Shown here in pieces: positions 27,653 to 39,037 of a stretch of 64,000 nt of DNA. The position numbers and the translations under genes were made by a program. Position 1 is the stretch's first letter. The number at the start of each line of letters is the position of its first letter. This DNA comes from Octopus vulgaris (taxonomy: Eukaryota), in the NCBI GenBank assembly GCA_951406725.2, contig OX597827.1, forward strand, positions 54,684,001 to 54,748,000, read 5' to 3'. The notes beneath the pieces are model-generated. The model searched no databases, was not told where the DNA came from, and worked only from the letters and a program-made list of their open reading frames with translations.

Positions 27653-28085
27653 TACTTGAAAAGGAAAGTGAGAGTAGAGAGGCAAGTTTTGTCTGGCGAA
27701 TGTTTCAAAAAAAGATGGGTGAATGTAGCAAGGATGGCACGTGTGAATTGCGAAGCCACCTTGAGCATAATCCTATGAACCCAGAAAAATTTAAAACAGA
27801 GGGTTACTTACTTGCAACCAAATGTGTTAACATGTGACATTATTGACCGAGGTTACCATGGTCTTTTCCATAGGCTTTTCTTTCCACGGATAAACCTTAT
27901 CTGCTTCCCCCTTTACACTTTACATCATGACATTTCTGTGATACACGATCCCTATTGATTCTTTCCCTTTTACGATCCCTTTTGATCAAAAACCAACCCC
28001 CTTTTTTTTCTCCCCAAAAAGAAAAGCTCTACTTTGTAATCTGTCCCATCTGCGTGCAGCCCTGTGTGGCTAATAAAGAAACATA
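27653..28085 (+). mobile_element. 5'-truncated LINE 3' end (Tx1/L1-like)
   Basis: Open C-terminal frame YLKRKVRVERQVLSGECFKKRWVNVARMARVNCEATLSIIL*, then a pyrimidine-rich UTR ending CAGCCCTGTGTGGCTAATAAAGAAA; clade call from memory of Tx1 C-termini. Confidence 0.6.
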
Positions 28086-29427
28086 TATTACATGACTGGA
28101 CCATATACACGCACACACGCACAAGTAGATGTGCAAAACAGTAACAGAAAGAATATAAACTGAAGACCAGTTCAAATGTGTTTGAGAAATATTTAAACCT
28201 GTAAAAGCTTTTCATTGCAGTTCATGGAAAAAAAAAATTTCATTTAAGACAAAGAGGTATTAAAACACCATAGTCGGCTCAGTGCTAGTGAATTCATCTC
28301 GGGCGTGTTAGTACTCTTCAGCACTAGATACCAAGGGAGGCAACTCTGAGCTAATTAGAAAACTGTGCTTTCTTTATGGTAAATCTGCCAATATTAACTA
28401 TTAATGGTGCACATCAGCCACAGCAGGCTGGAATGAATTCAAGAGTAGGTCTACAAATCAGCAGCAAAAAGAATATATATACAAACTTCAGACCAGTTCA
28501 AATATATCTGTGAGATATTTGGATCTATGAAGGTTATTCACTGCAGTTTGTTGTAGAGAATATTTGCATTTGGTCAGAATAATCTGAATGTTATCATTAG
28601 AATTCAATCTATTCTTGGCTTACAAAATGTGTTGTACTCTGTGTGGCAGTAAAGAAAGTAAATGTGTATACATTGAGGTGTAAAACTACTATTTTGCACA
28701 TAGAATCAAACTATTATAAGTAAAGTTTGTTTAGCTGGTGCAATCTATATTTGTATAGTGATTTAATGTGCAGTATCTCTTTATTGCAGCAGTTAAATCC
28801 ATTGAAGAAAACCAAAATAAAAAAACAAATTGATTTACTTCTAAGGAATTATGGTGAAAGATAGGATAATGGGTTCTATTTTAATGATTATAAAAGTTTT
28901 TTTTGTAGTAATGGCAGTAAAAATAAAAAAGATTACAGCACCAAAAAGTGTCGTTAATTAGGTAGATCTTTGTAAAGGCAAGTTTATTAATCAGGCAGAT
29001 GAGTTTTTATTGAATATAGTACAGAAAGAATATAAGTCATTAAAAAGTGATTAAACCCTATTTTGAGAAATAAACTGTATGAGGATGTATAATTTGATCA
29101 CTGCATGGTGTCAGCAGCTGTTGGAAGTAGGTATTACGACACCAATCAAAAGAAAATAAAACCTACAAAATGTTTGAATTTTTCTCAAAGAAATACTTAT
29201 TTTTGGTTGAAATCAAGTTATTTAATGTGTTCAGTAAAGAAGAAAAAGGAAAAATAATAAAATATTCAGGTTTAATTATAACCAAAATTTGACACGGATT
29301 CTAATATAATTAACTTGATTCTTTTAATCTTGATCATACTATCAGCAAACATTTTCAATAATACAGGGTTTAATCTTTACCATTCTTCTCTGAACTGCTG
29401 CAAGTAAAAGTTTCATGCTTTTAACAT

Positions 29428-29840
29428 TGTTGTTGCTTTAATGCCCACTTTTCCGTGCTTGCATGGGTCAGATGGAATATTATTGAGGTAGATTTTCTGC
29501 AGCTGGATGCCCTTCCTGTTGCCAACCCTCAACATTTTCAAGTAAGGAAATAATTCCCTATGACCAAATATGGAAGATAACAAAGGCAATACTTGCATGA
29601 TGGCCTCTCTCTCTTTCTATCTCCCTCTCTCCCTCTCCCCCTCCCCCTTTCTCTCCCTCACATACACACCTACACTCACATTCACATACAATAGTCTTCT
29701 TTGAATTTCCATCTACCAAATTCCCTCAGAAGGCTTTGGTTGGACTGAGGCTATAGTGGAAGACACTTACACAAGGTGCCACACAGTGGGATTGAACCCA
29801 GAGCCATGTGGTTGGGAAGCAAACTTCTTACTACCTGTCT
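29428..29840 (-). mobile_element. SINE with family-A head, GGTTGGCAACAGGAAGGGCATCCAGC (Meta-like) domain and RTE-type tail
   Basis: Same architecture as 63530-63860(+). Confidence 0.65.
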
Positions 29841-29937
29841 GCAGTCCTTGAGTTTAATTCTAACTTAATGGTTTGCCTTAAAGATTCAGCAAACTTTGAG
29901 TCTGAAGAGTGTTGGGGTCAAAAGAAAATCTTTGTTG

Positions 29938-30181
29938 CTCTTTTACACTTTTACTTTGTTTCAGTCATTTGATTGCAGTCATGCTGGAGCACCACCTTGA
30001 AGGGTTTTAGATGAACAAATCGACCCCCAAGACTTATTTCTTAAGCCTAGTACTTATTCTATCATTCTCTTTTGCTGAACCACTAAGTTATGAGGATGTA
30101 AACACACCAACACCAGTTGTCAAGCAGTGATGGCGGGACAAACACAGACACAAAACACATACATAGATATACATACATACA

Positions 30182-30231
<50 letters not shown>

Positions 30232-30449
30232 CCATGCTAGCATGGAAAGTGGACGCTAAACGATGATGATGATGATGATGATGATGATGATATATAATGG
30301 GCTTCTTTCAGTTTCTGTCTCCCAAATCCATTCACAAGGCTTTGGTCAACCCGAGGCTACAGTAGAAGAAACTTGCCCAAGGTGTTAGTGGGACTGAACC
30401 TGGAACCATGTACTTGGGAAGCGAGCTTCTTACTACACAGCCACACCTG
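29938..30449 (-). mobile_element. SINE family A with a short RTE-tail insertion in its (TA)n
   Basis: Family body; insert CCCATGCTAGCATGGAAAGTGGACGCTAAAC(GAT)n at ~30227-30292. Confidence 0.85.
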
Positions 30450-30450
30450 G

Positions 30451-30550
30451 AACATAGAACGCTTCATAAATTTGTGTGTCGTTCTTTCACAGGAGCCATG
30501 CTAATCTTCTCCGTATCATTCCAATTTTAGTATGTGTTTTGCCTAAACAA
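30451..30550 (-). pseudogene. U6: U6 snRNA retropseudogene, near full length
   Basis: Minus strand reads TTGTTTAGGCAAAACACATACTAAAATTGGAATGATACGGAGAAGATTAGCATGGCTCCTGTGAAAGAACGACACACAAATTTATGAAGCGTTCTATGTT; colinear with metazoan U6 (about 16 substitutions per 100 nt by hand); ACAGAGA box changed to ACGGAGA. Confidence 0.95.
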
Positions 30551-30642
30551 TTTGAGAATCTTTGATAAATTTGAAAAATTGAGCAGATGCATTATCATAT
30601 TGCCATATTACCACCTCTGAATAAGTAAGCTGTTGTGTTAAA

Positions 30643-30984
30643 GAAGGTGCATGGCTCAGTGGTTAGAGCATCGAGCTTACGATCGTGAGGTTGTGAGCTC
30701 GAATCCCGGACCGGGCTGTGTGTTGTGTTCTTGAGCAAGGCACTTTATTTCACGTTGCTCCAGTTCACTCAGCTGTAGAAATGAGTTGCGACGTCACTGG
30801 TGCCAAGCTGTATCGACCTTTGTCTTTCCCTTGGATAACACTGGTGGCGTGGAGAGGGGAGGCTGGTATGCATGGGTGACTGCTGGTCTTCCATAAACAA
30901 CCTTGCCCGAACTTGTGTCTAGGAGGGTAACTTTCTAGGTGCAATCCCATGGTCATTCATGACCGAAGGGGGTCTTTACCCTTT
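30643..30984 (+). mobile_element. SINE family B (tRNA head, CORE-like), young
   Basis: TGGCTCAGTGGTTAGAGC and GCTCGAATCCC boxes; GTGTTCTTGAGCAAGGCACTTTA; second copy at 59735; possible TSD TTAAAGAA. Confidence 0.9.
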
Positions 30985-32313
30985 AAAGAAAGGAAACAAT
31001 AAATGACTTAGTTCTATTACAGAGCATAGCATTTTTATGGCATGGTTAAAATACTTTGACTTGTGAAACACCAGCATACTTGATGCTTCATACAAGAAAT
31101 GAATATCAATGTATAAGTTCATTTAAAAAAAAATACTTGTCATATGATTACAAATTCCTATTTTACTGTCAGAAAATCAGAAATTCTCTCTAAGATAGTG
31201 CAAAATATTGAAATGCATTTTAACAGTTCTTGAATTCAATTTTGACTTATGAATTACAATAAAGATTTGGTATATGGTAGACTTCAAGTCTGGAGACTGT
31301 TTCTTTGAGGAACCATATTTTGATAAATTTGAAGCAATGAGCAGGTGCATTATAATGGTTAGTCATGTTAGTCAGGCTTAATAAGTTAGGGAGGAAAGAC
31401 ACTTTTGAAACATATTCGCATTTTGACACCATTCATTGACACCTTCATGGCTGAGAATGCCTTATACAATTCTTTGTCCAGTGAAACATCTCTACACTCT
31501 CTTACTAATCTTCACCAAATCTTGTCCTAAACAATCTTCCCAATTATTTGATTTTCCAAGACACCTACAAAAAAAAAAAAAAAAAAAGGAAATGCTAAAT
31601 TATCCAAGAGAAACAATAATGCTAGCAAAACAAATGAAGAATTTTCTAGCTACGCCCTTTTCTTATCATGTTTAGTGATGTGTTTCTTTAATCTAAAGAG
31701 AACACACATAACCATCTTGATGAAATTTTGGCAATTTGCAGGAGTTAGTTTTGTTTTTAATTTTCTATTTCTCTTGAGATAAAGAATGCCCTCATAATAC
31801 ATTAAAGTAAATTAAATTGGCTATACTCTCTCTTTGGGAGGAGTGGGGTCTGAAGGATCCAAGAATATAAATATTGAGACATAAGGTGGGTGGGGTCAGT
31901 GGTCTAATTAATCTTCACTATTAAAGCTATTGTTAATGTCACAAACATGGCAATCTAATTATTGAAAATTATTTACATTCGAAATTACTTTCTTTGGTTT
32001 GTTAAACCACTCACTGGTTGTGTCAGTTCAAAGGCAAAAATATCATCTCAGATTTTCCTTTGCATTGAATGAGTGAGATAAATTTCCTCATTGTTGTGCT
32101 CTTATTATTATATTCCAGTATTTAGCACTATTTAATAGATAATTTCAAAGTCTTATGGGCTTTGCTTCAGAACATATTAGTAGAACGTAAACTTGTGGTC
32201 ATGTGATAATGATTTTTTATGTATTAGTACTTAGTTCTCTTGAGAATAAGACTTGTCTTCTGTAAGGAACTCGGTACAAGAAACATATCCAACCTATTGA
32301 AAACTGTTCTTTT

Positions 32314-32541
32314 TTAACCCTTTTGTTACTGTATTTCTGTTGAGATGCTCTGTGTTTCTTTCAATTACTTTAATTATAACAAAGAATTTAGTAAAATAAC
32401 TTAGTTATCATTTAGCTAGTGTTAGGAACATAAATTGTGACTAAGGTTTGATGGAAGATTTTAATTCAAAACTTATGGAAACAAGACATTTGTACTCAGA
32501 GCCAGATGCGGTTTCAGCCAGGTTGGTAACGAAAGGGCTAA
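32314..32541. mobile_element. piggyBac-type MITE family E
   Basis: TTAACCCTTTTGTTAC ... GTAACGAAAGGGCTAA. Confidence 0.85.
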
Positions 32542-32551
32542 TTAATTAGAT

Positions 32552-32778
32552 TTAACCCTTTAACATTCAGATTTCTCTGTCAAAGGTAATACTTATTTAT
32601 TCACTTTGATATGAATTAGTCATGCATTACCTTGTAGTTTTGAGATTTCAGTGGCGTGATTGTTTACCTTTAGAATGACATTGTAGGTAGGTGTGAGAGG
32701 CTGGCTCTGGCTAGTTTGAGTATTAAACAAGTAGAATATTTTGGCCAGATATGACTGGTTTAAATGCTAAAGAGTTAA
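32552..32778. mobile_element. piggyBac-type MITE family D
   Basis: TTAACCCTTTAACATT ... AATGCTAAAGAGTTAA. Confidence 0.85.
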
Positions 32779-32860
32779 TGATTTGCCAAATATTTGTGTT
32801 GCTGTGTGTATAACTCTAAATTACTAAAGTTGAGATGATAATTATGTCTGTTTTTCTCAG

Positions 32861-32869
32861 TTTACAATG
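32861..32869 (+). other. Candidate 9-nt microexon TTTACAATG
   Basis: tgtctgtttttctcag|TTTACAATG|gtatgt; splice motifs only. Confidence 0.25.
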
Positions 32870-33445
32870 GTATGTAGATTTACAAAGGATACAAATATAC
32901 CAGTATAGAAAACAAATGTCCACACCTTTGGTAATTTGCTGTGCTTGAGAAGACACATCCAGCCAAGTTAAATCATGGTTGTGGTTAGTGCTGGTGACAT
33001 GTAAAAAGGCACTTGTGTCGGTAACACATAAAAGGCACCCTCTACACTCTTGGAGTGCTTGGTGTTAAGAACATCCAGCTGTAGAAACCAAGCCAAATCA
33101 GACTGGCGCCTGGTATAGCTACCCAGCTTATCAGTCCCAATCAAACCGTCTAACCCATGCCAGCATGGAAAACCGATGCTAATTGATGATGATGATTAGC
33201 ATTCAGATTACTCTCTCAAATGTAATGCATTTTTATTCGCATTATTTTGAATTAATCATATATTACCCTGTAGCTAAGAGATTTTCATGGCATGATTGCT
33301 TATAATAACATTGTAGGATAAGTATGAGAGACCAGATCTTGCCAGTTTTAACACAAAAATGGTAGAATATTTTGGCTGGATATGGCTGGTTTAAATGCTA
33401 AAGGGTTAAGCATTATCATGAACTCAGTCAATATTTTATTTATCA

Positions 33446-33810
33446 CTAGCACATTTGACCCGGCGTTGCCGGGTCATAATGCTGGTGCATGCATATACAG
33501 CTACATGCATGCCCACATACATGCGAGTACTGTCCAAATCTCCGACGAATCACATACAGCTAGCTGGCATTCAATTGGCGTATCAAGTTTCGGGCATTTT
33601 GATTGGGTTTTGAATAGAAATTTCACAAAAAAGTCACTTCTATTGATTTTTTAATGGCTTTGCGGGGTGACTGGGGAAATGTAAAGATGTGCACGACCAC
33701 CCTTGGACGGTTTTGAATGACCATAGAAAGTGCGAGCCCTCTAACTGAAAAATTGTGGATTTGTATAAAGGACACACGCGCAGACATTTTGCCATTTATT
33801 TATATAGAGA
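33446..33810 (-). mobile_element. Non-autonomous Helitron
   Basis: Minus strand 5' TC ... perfect hairpin TGACCCGGC-AAC-GCCGGGTCA ... CTAG 3'; inserted at A|T with no TSD. Confidence 0.9.
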
Positions 33811-34514
33811 TTTTATTTCCTCTGTATTTCTGTTTTATCCATATCTAATTTTTGCACAAATATTTTTTATTTCTATGAAAGTTTAAGCTGTAAAATACTA
33901 GTTGGACAGGAATCTTTTATCTTTTACTTGTTTTTCCATCATTGAGATTCAGCCACGCTGGGGGTTTTAGGTCAAACAAATTGACTCCAGTGTTTATTTT
34001 TGAAGTTTGGTACTTCTTCTATTGATTTCTGTTGCTGGAGTGCTAAGTTATGAGGATGTAAATGAATCAACACCAGTGGGGGAACACACACACACAGCAG
34101 GCTTAACAAAATTCACAAGGCATTGGTTGACCTAGGACTAGAGTAAAAGACACTTTACCCAAGGTACCATACTGTGGGATTGAACCTGAAATCACGTAGT
34201 TTCTATGCAAGCTTCTTGACCACACAACCATACCTGTTCCTATGTACATATTTTTAAAGAAATTGATTCATAACTTGGCATTTGTTCAACCAGTTTTGAG
34301 TTATTAACTATTAAAGAGTAGATGAGATTGAAGGTATTTTGGTATGCAATTGAAATGGCTGTATTCAAAGTAGAAACATTATTGATTCATTTAGATTTCA
34401 TTTAATCTAATCTTTTACATTTACATTGTTTCAATTCAAGCCAACAAGGGAACCTCTGTAGTAACTTGACCTACAAGAATTAGCAGTCAAATTTGCTTCA
34501 AGCTACACCTGCCT

Positions 34515-34733
34515 TAACCTGTTAGCATTTAAACTGGCCATAACTGGCCCCAAATATTCTACCTGTTCTAAGTTCAAACTGACCAGATCTGGCCTCTCAC
34601 ACCTACCCTACAATGTCATTCTAAAAATATATAGTTGCATCATTGAAATCTCAAAGCTATGAGATAATACATTATTAATTGGAAATGATGTGAATAAATA
34701 AGCTTTACATTTGGCAGAGTAATCTGAATGCTA
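34515..34733. mobile_element. piggyBac-type MITE family D nested in an older (AAC)n-tailed repeat
   Basis: TTAA left end, family body, right end clipped. Confidence 0.8.
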
Positions 34734-35828
34734 CATTGGATGATGTGATCCTTGAGAATAAAGACTGCACCATCATTGTTTGAACACCAGCCGTTCATGA
34801 CACGATTGCCTGGGATGAAACAACAACAACAACACTACTTTTTTGAATGTGTTGAATTGAAGTAATGTCCCTTCAAGAATAGAAATTGAACTTGTGACAC
34901 ATAGATTAGTATTCTCTCTAGCCTACTTGGTCACACAAACTGTTTTTCACCATTTGACCATTTTATTTAAATTTGGTAACCTTTTGCCTGTCTTGTGTAC
35001 TACATGTGATACACAGGAAATATTTCCCTGGTGTCCAACCATCATATATAACAACACATTCACAATTGTTTTCAATCTTTAGAGTAATTTGGGACCTATT
35101 AAAGGAAAGCTTTATATTACTCAGAATGTACGAAACTTGGATTAATAAAAAGCATGGACATTTTAACAAAACTTATGAAAATTTTTTTGGACAGGCAAAT
35201 GGTTAAAATTAAATATTTCATGAATGTCATTCGTTTATTTGCTGAGGCATTAGGGAAATATTTTCCCTTGTTTTAGAACGTGGCAGTTTATGATTTCTCA
35301 CTTTCATAATAGCCATTCAGTTTGCTGTGAATATATTTTCTCTTATGTGTCAACATAGTATTGATTTTTTTTTTACATAGACAACAAAGAATAATCATAT
35401 GTTCTGTACATGCACTTTCACAAGTGCATTATTGACATAGAGAAATAAAATTGTTACAACCAGTAATCAAAGCTGAGTTATGAAACGGCTTTTCAAGATC
35501 CCCCACCTCCACACATAACCTTCATATTATATTATTTAGGTGAGTTACACATTTACCTTTTTATAAAGTGATACATGAGTATTTTATAAATAATGATAAC
35601 AAAGAAAAAAATCTTTTATTAGTTAAGATATAAAAGCTTGAAGAAAATCAAATGCTTTGATTCTTTGTAATTTCTTTATGATGTTCTTAGCTGAATTTAT
35701 ATCTTATTTTTAAATACTAGAAATTGATTTCTTAGCATCTGTTTGAACAGCTGGCCATGTCGTTTGTGTAGAATGCAGCTTTTTATACTCTTTCCATTTT
35801 AACAACAGTGTTATGATACTTCTTTCAG

Positions 35829-35858
35829 ATCTATATTCTCGCCCGCTTTCTCTGATTG
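35829..35858 (+). CDS. Candidate 30-nt frame-preserving microexon of an unidentified host gene (phase 1 xLYSRPLSLI or phase 2 SIFSPAFSD)
   Basis: gatactttctttcag|ATCTATATTCTCGCCCGCTTTCTCTGATTG|gtatgt; locally GC/CpG-rich; repeat-poor flanks; TGCATG 32 nt downstream. Confidence 0.4.
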
Positions 35859-38238
35859 GTATGTGTCTTGATTATTTTTCATTTTTAACATGCATGAGCA
35901 TGTTGCTGATGCCTCAACCAGAGGACATTACTGAGTTTATTTCTCCCTAAGTGGAGTCTGCTTAAACAAGAAGAAAAATTGATAAAAAAAAAAAGATAAC
36001 ATTGGAAGATGGCTTTTAGTTAGGTTATCTTAAGATATTTTCCAGTGTCATTATCTATTAAAAACATGCAGCATGCATATGTGCACAGCTGTGGATGCAA
36101 CCTCAACTGTAGTTAGGAAATATGCTTTCCAGGGACTTGGTTTCAAATCATATCTCATCAGATCTCGCAGCACAGCACTTTGACCAAGTGTCTTCTACCA
36201 TCACCTTGTGTTGACCCCAAATGTTTTTGTGTACAATTTGTTACACAGAAACTGTGGGAAAACCAAGGTTGTTCCTGTTCATGGATCTTATAGACTTAAT
36301 CTACTTGACCCTTGCTGCCATTAGCAGTGTCTATGTTTTGCAGGCACTCAGAGTAGGTGTCTGGTCTGAAAGTAACTTTCTCTTTTTCTCCCACTAGTCC
36401 TGGAACCCTAAAAAATTATTTTTGGTTCAGAGCTGGTAACCATGTAGATTCCCTCATTGGCCACAATGACTTGTTAGTTTCACAGCTCTATAGTCGATGA
36501 CCTTTGACCAATTTGTCTGTTAGGTTTCCACTTTGCAATGAATCTTTGTTAATTACCTGTCTATAAGAACTTAAGATTCTGCTAGTCGAAACTTTATTTA
36601 CAAGTCAGTTTGGTTTGTTGTAAAGGAGGCACAAATGAACATAGTAGAAATCACTAAGTCAGAGATATTAAAAAGAAAACAAACATTTGGTAATGAAATA
36701 TCTTGGAAAAAACTTTTGGTAGTGCTTTTCTTTATCCCTTGTGTGTTTTACAAGTGATAACAGGTATTCTTTCTAGTGAGAGTAGCTAAGATTGTGTGTT
36801 ACAAATTGTGGCTTCAAGGCTTACCTGAAGCCATTTAAAAAGCCTCAGAAAAGCTCGGAAGATCCAGCAATCCTTGCAAGCATCATTGAGATTTTGTGCT
36901 TCAACCAAAATATATATGTGATGATGATGATGATGATCACTCCTGTCATTTCGACATATGAGTATTTGAAGGAGAGGGATTCAAAAAAAAAAAAAAAAAG
37001 AAGTTTAAAGAAGCTGCGTCTATTTGCAATGGATGCATGAATATAATATACATATTGAGGGAAAACAAGAAGAAAATGGAGTATAAATGGATGTAATTAC
37101 CAATTTATTTGTATGTTACAAAAAGATGACATTTTTTAAAAAAGCATTTCAAATAAATTGATTGGAAGTTGAAAGCTCAACAAAAAAATAAATAAGATAA
37201 AAAACAAAAAAAAAAAAAGAACCTACATATGTTTCAGTCCTATCATCTAGTTGATGGGAATTTCCAAGCATTTTGTTGAATGTCAAGAAAGATGCCACAT
37301 AAATTAGTAATTACATCCATTTATTCTCCATCTTGTTTTCCCTCATTATTGATAATTTCAATAATCCTGAACATATACCAATGAGTTTCTCATTATATAA
37401 TATGGATTAAACCAGTGGAATACTTTCAACTATATAATCCCTTATGAAGATATGATTTCCTCAAATTAACTATATATATCTTCAGCAAATGTCTAATATG
37501 TGTTCTGATAATTCATATGCTCAGTTCTCAGTTTTTGCCAAACTATCTCAGTTTATATGAACTTATATATTTTTTCCCTTCATTGAAAAAAACAAAAAAC
37601 ATAGCAAGTGTTAATCTTTTAGCTAATAGATTTATTAATTCCTGTAGATCATATGACATGCTTTAATCTCATAATTTAATTAAATATCAACCAAATTATT
37701 CTTTTAGCAAATTGCAAGAATGGTTTGTTTTATATATTTTATAGCTTCAGAATTTTTATTATGATTATTTTTTTCTATTACTTTTATTGAAATAAAATTT
37801 GCAGGAAATTAAGAAATTCTAGTTTATTTTATTAAATAACTTTAGTCATTAAGAAATCCATGAATTTCAATATAAATATTATGTGAATGCATTTTGTTTT
37901 CTTAAGATGTTGTTGAGTCTTTAGTTGCCAATGGGTATTTTCATTTTTATACAGTTTAGAATAATGAATGTTATTGTTTCATTTCTGAAATCAAATTATT
38001 TGTGAAAAAAAATTTAAACTTTCATGCTCACTAGAATGAATGAATATGTCTCACTTGTTTGTCGGTGTCATTGACTGTGGTTGTGGTGGGGCATCACCTT
38101 GAAAGATTTTTGTTGAGCAAATTGACCCGGTACTTAAGTCTGGTATTTATTCTATCAGTTTCTTTTGCTGAACCCTAAATCATGGAAATGCAAATGAACC
38201 AACATCAGTTTTCCAGTGGTGTGGGAGGACAAACACAC

Positions 38239-38280
<42 letters not shown>

Positions 38281-38283
<3 letters not shown>

Positions 38284-39037
38284 GAAATATTAAAATTACT
38301 AAGTCTCTCTAAAAGAGAACACGGCTGCGTTCCTGGAAATTAATAGTTATCGCCATACTAATATGGCATTCTTATAAAAATAAGAATAAAGCTGTCCGCT
38401 TATTAGCTCCATGAGGCCATCGCCTTAAGTTAGCTATTTGATACACAAACTGTATCCATATAACCTTCGAACAAGGGAGGTCAGTCGCTCCACACTACTT
38501 GATCGACAGCTACAGACGCGTTTCGGGGTATTGCCCCTTGTCAATGTAGCGTAGTCAGACCAGTAGGTGTCGCTTCCGACTATCTCTGTTCGAAGGTTTT
38601 ATTTACCTAGTTTCGGTGGAATACATCCACTTGTTTTCAATAATAGAAATATTAAAATTACTAAGTCTCTCTAAAAGAGAACACGGCAGCGTTCCTGGAA
38701 ATTAATAGTTATCGCCATACTAATATGGCATTCTTATAAAAATAAGAATAAAGCTGTCCGCTTATTAGCTCCATGAGGCCATCGCCTTAAGTTAGCTATT
38801 TGATACACAAACTGTATCCATATAACCTTCGATCAAGTAGTGTGGAGCGACTGACCTCCCTTGTTCGAAGGTAATTTTAATTAGAGACTTAGTAATTTTA
38901 ATATGGATACAGTTTGTGTATTTTAATATGGATACAGTTTGTGTATCAAATAGCTAACTTAAGGCGATGGCCTCATGGAGCTAATAAGCGGACAGCTTTA
39001 TTCTTATTTTTATAAGAATGCCATATTAGTGTGGCGA

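Noticed and set aside
30451-30550. Functional U6 gene
   Set aside because: ACAGAGA box mutated, 5' stem-loop incomplete, no T-run terminator, CpG decay, and fused to a SINE.
30643-30715. tRNA gene
   Set aside because: A/B boxes are present but the stems do not close and the sequence continues into a SINE body; the same applies near 9900-9975 and 59735.
30560-31370. ~50-bp similarity between ~30560 and ~31318 as a TSD of the U6 or SINE insertions
   Set aside because: Too long, diverged and not adjacent to element ends.
36827-36942. Possible minus-strand exon ending CAG|gtaagc
   Set aside because: Contains a (CAT)n microsatellite, weak acceptor and no homology.
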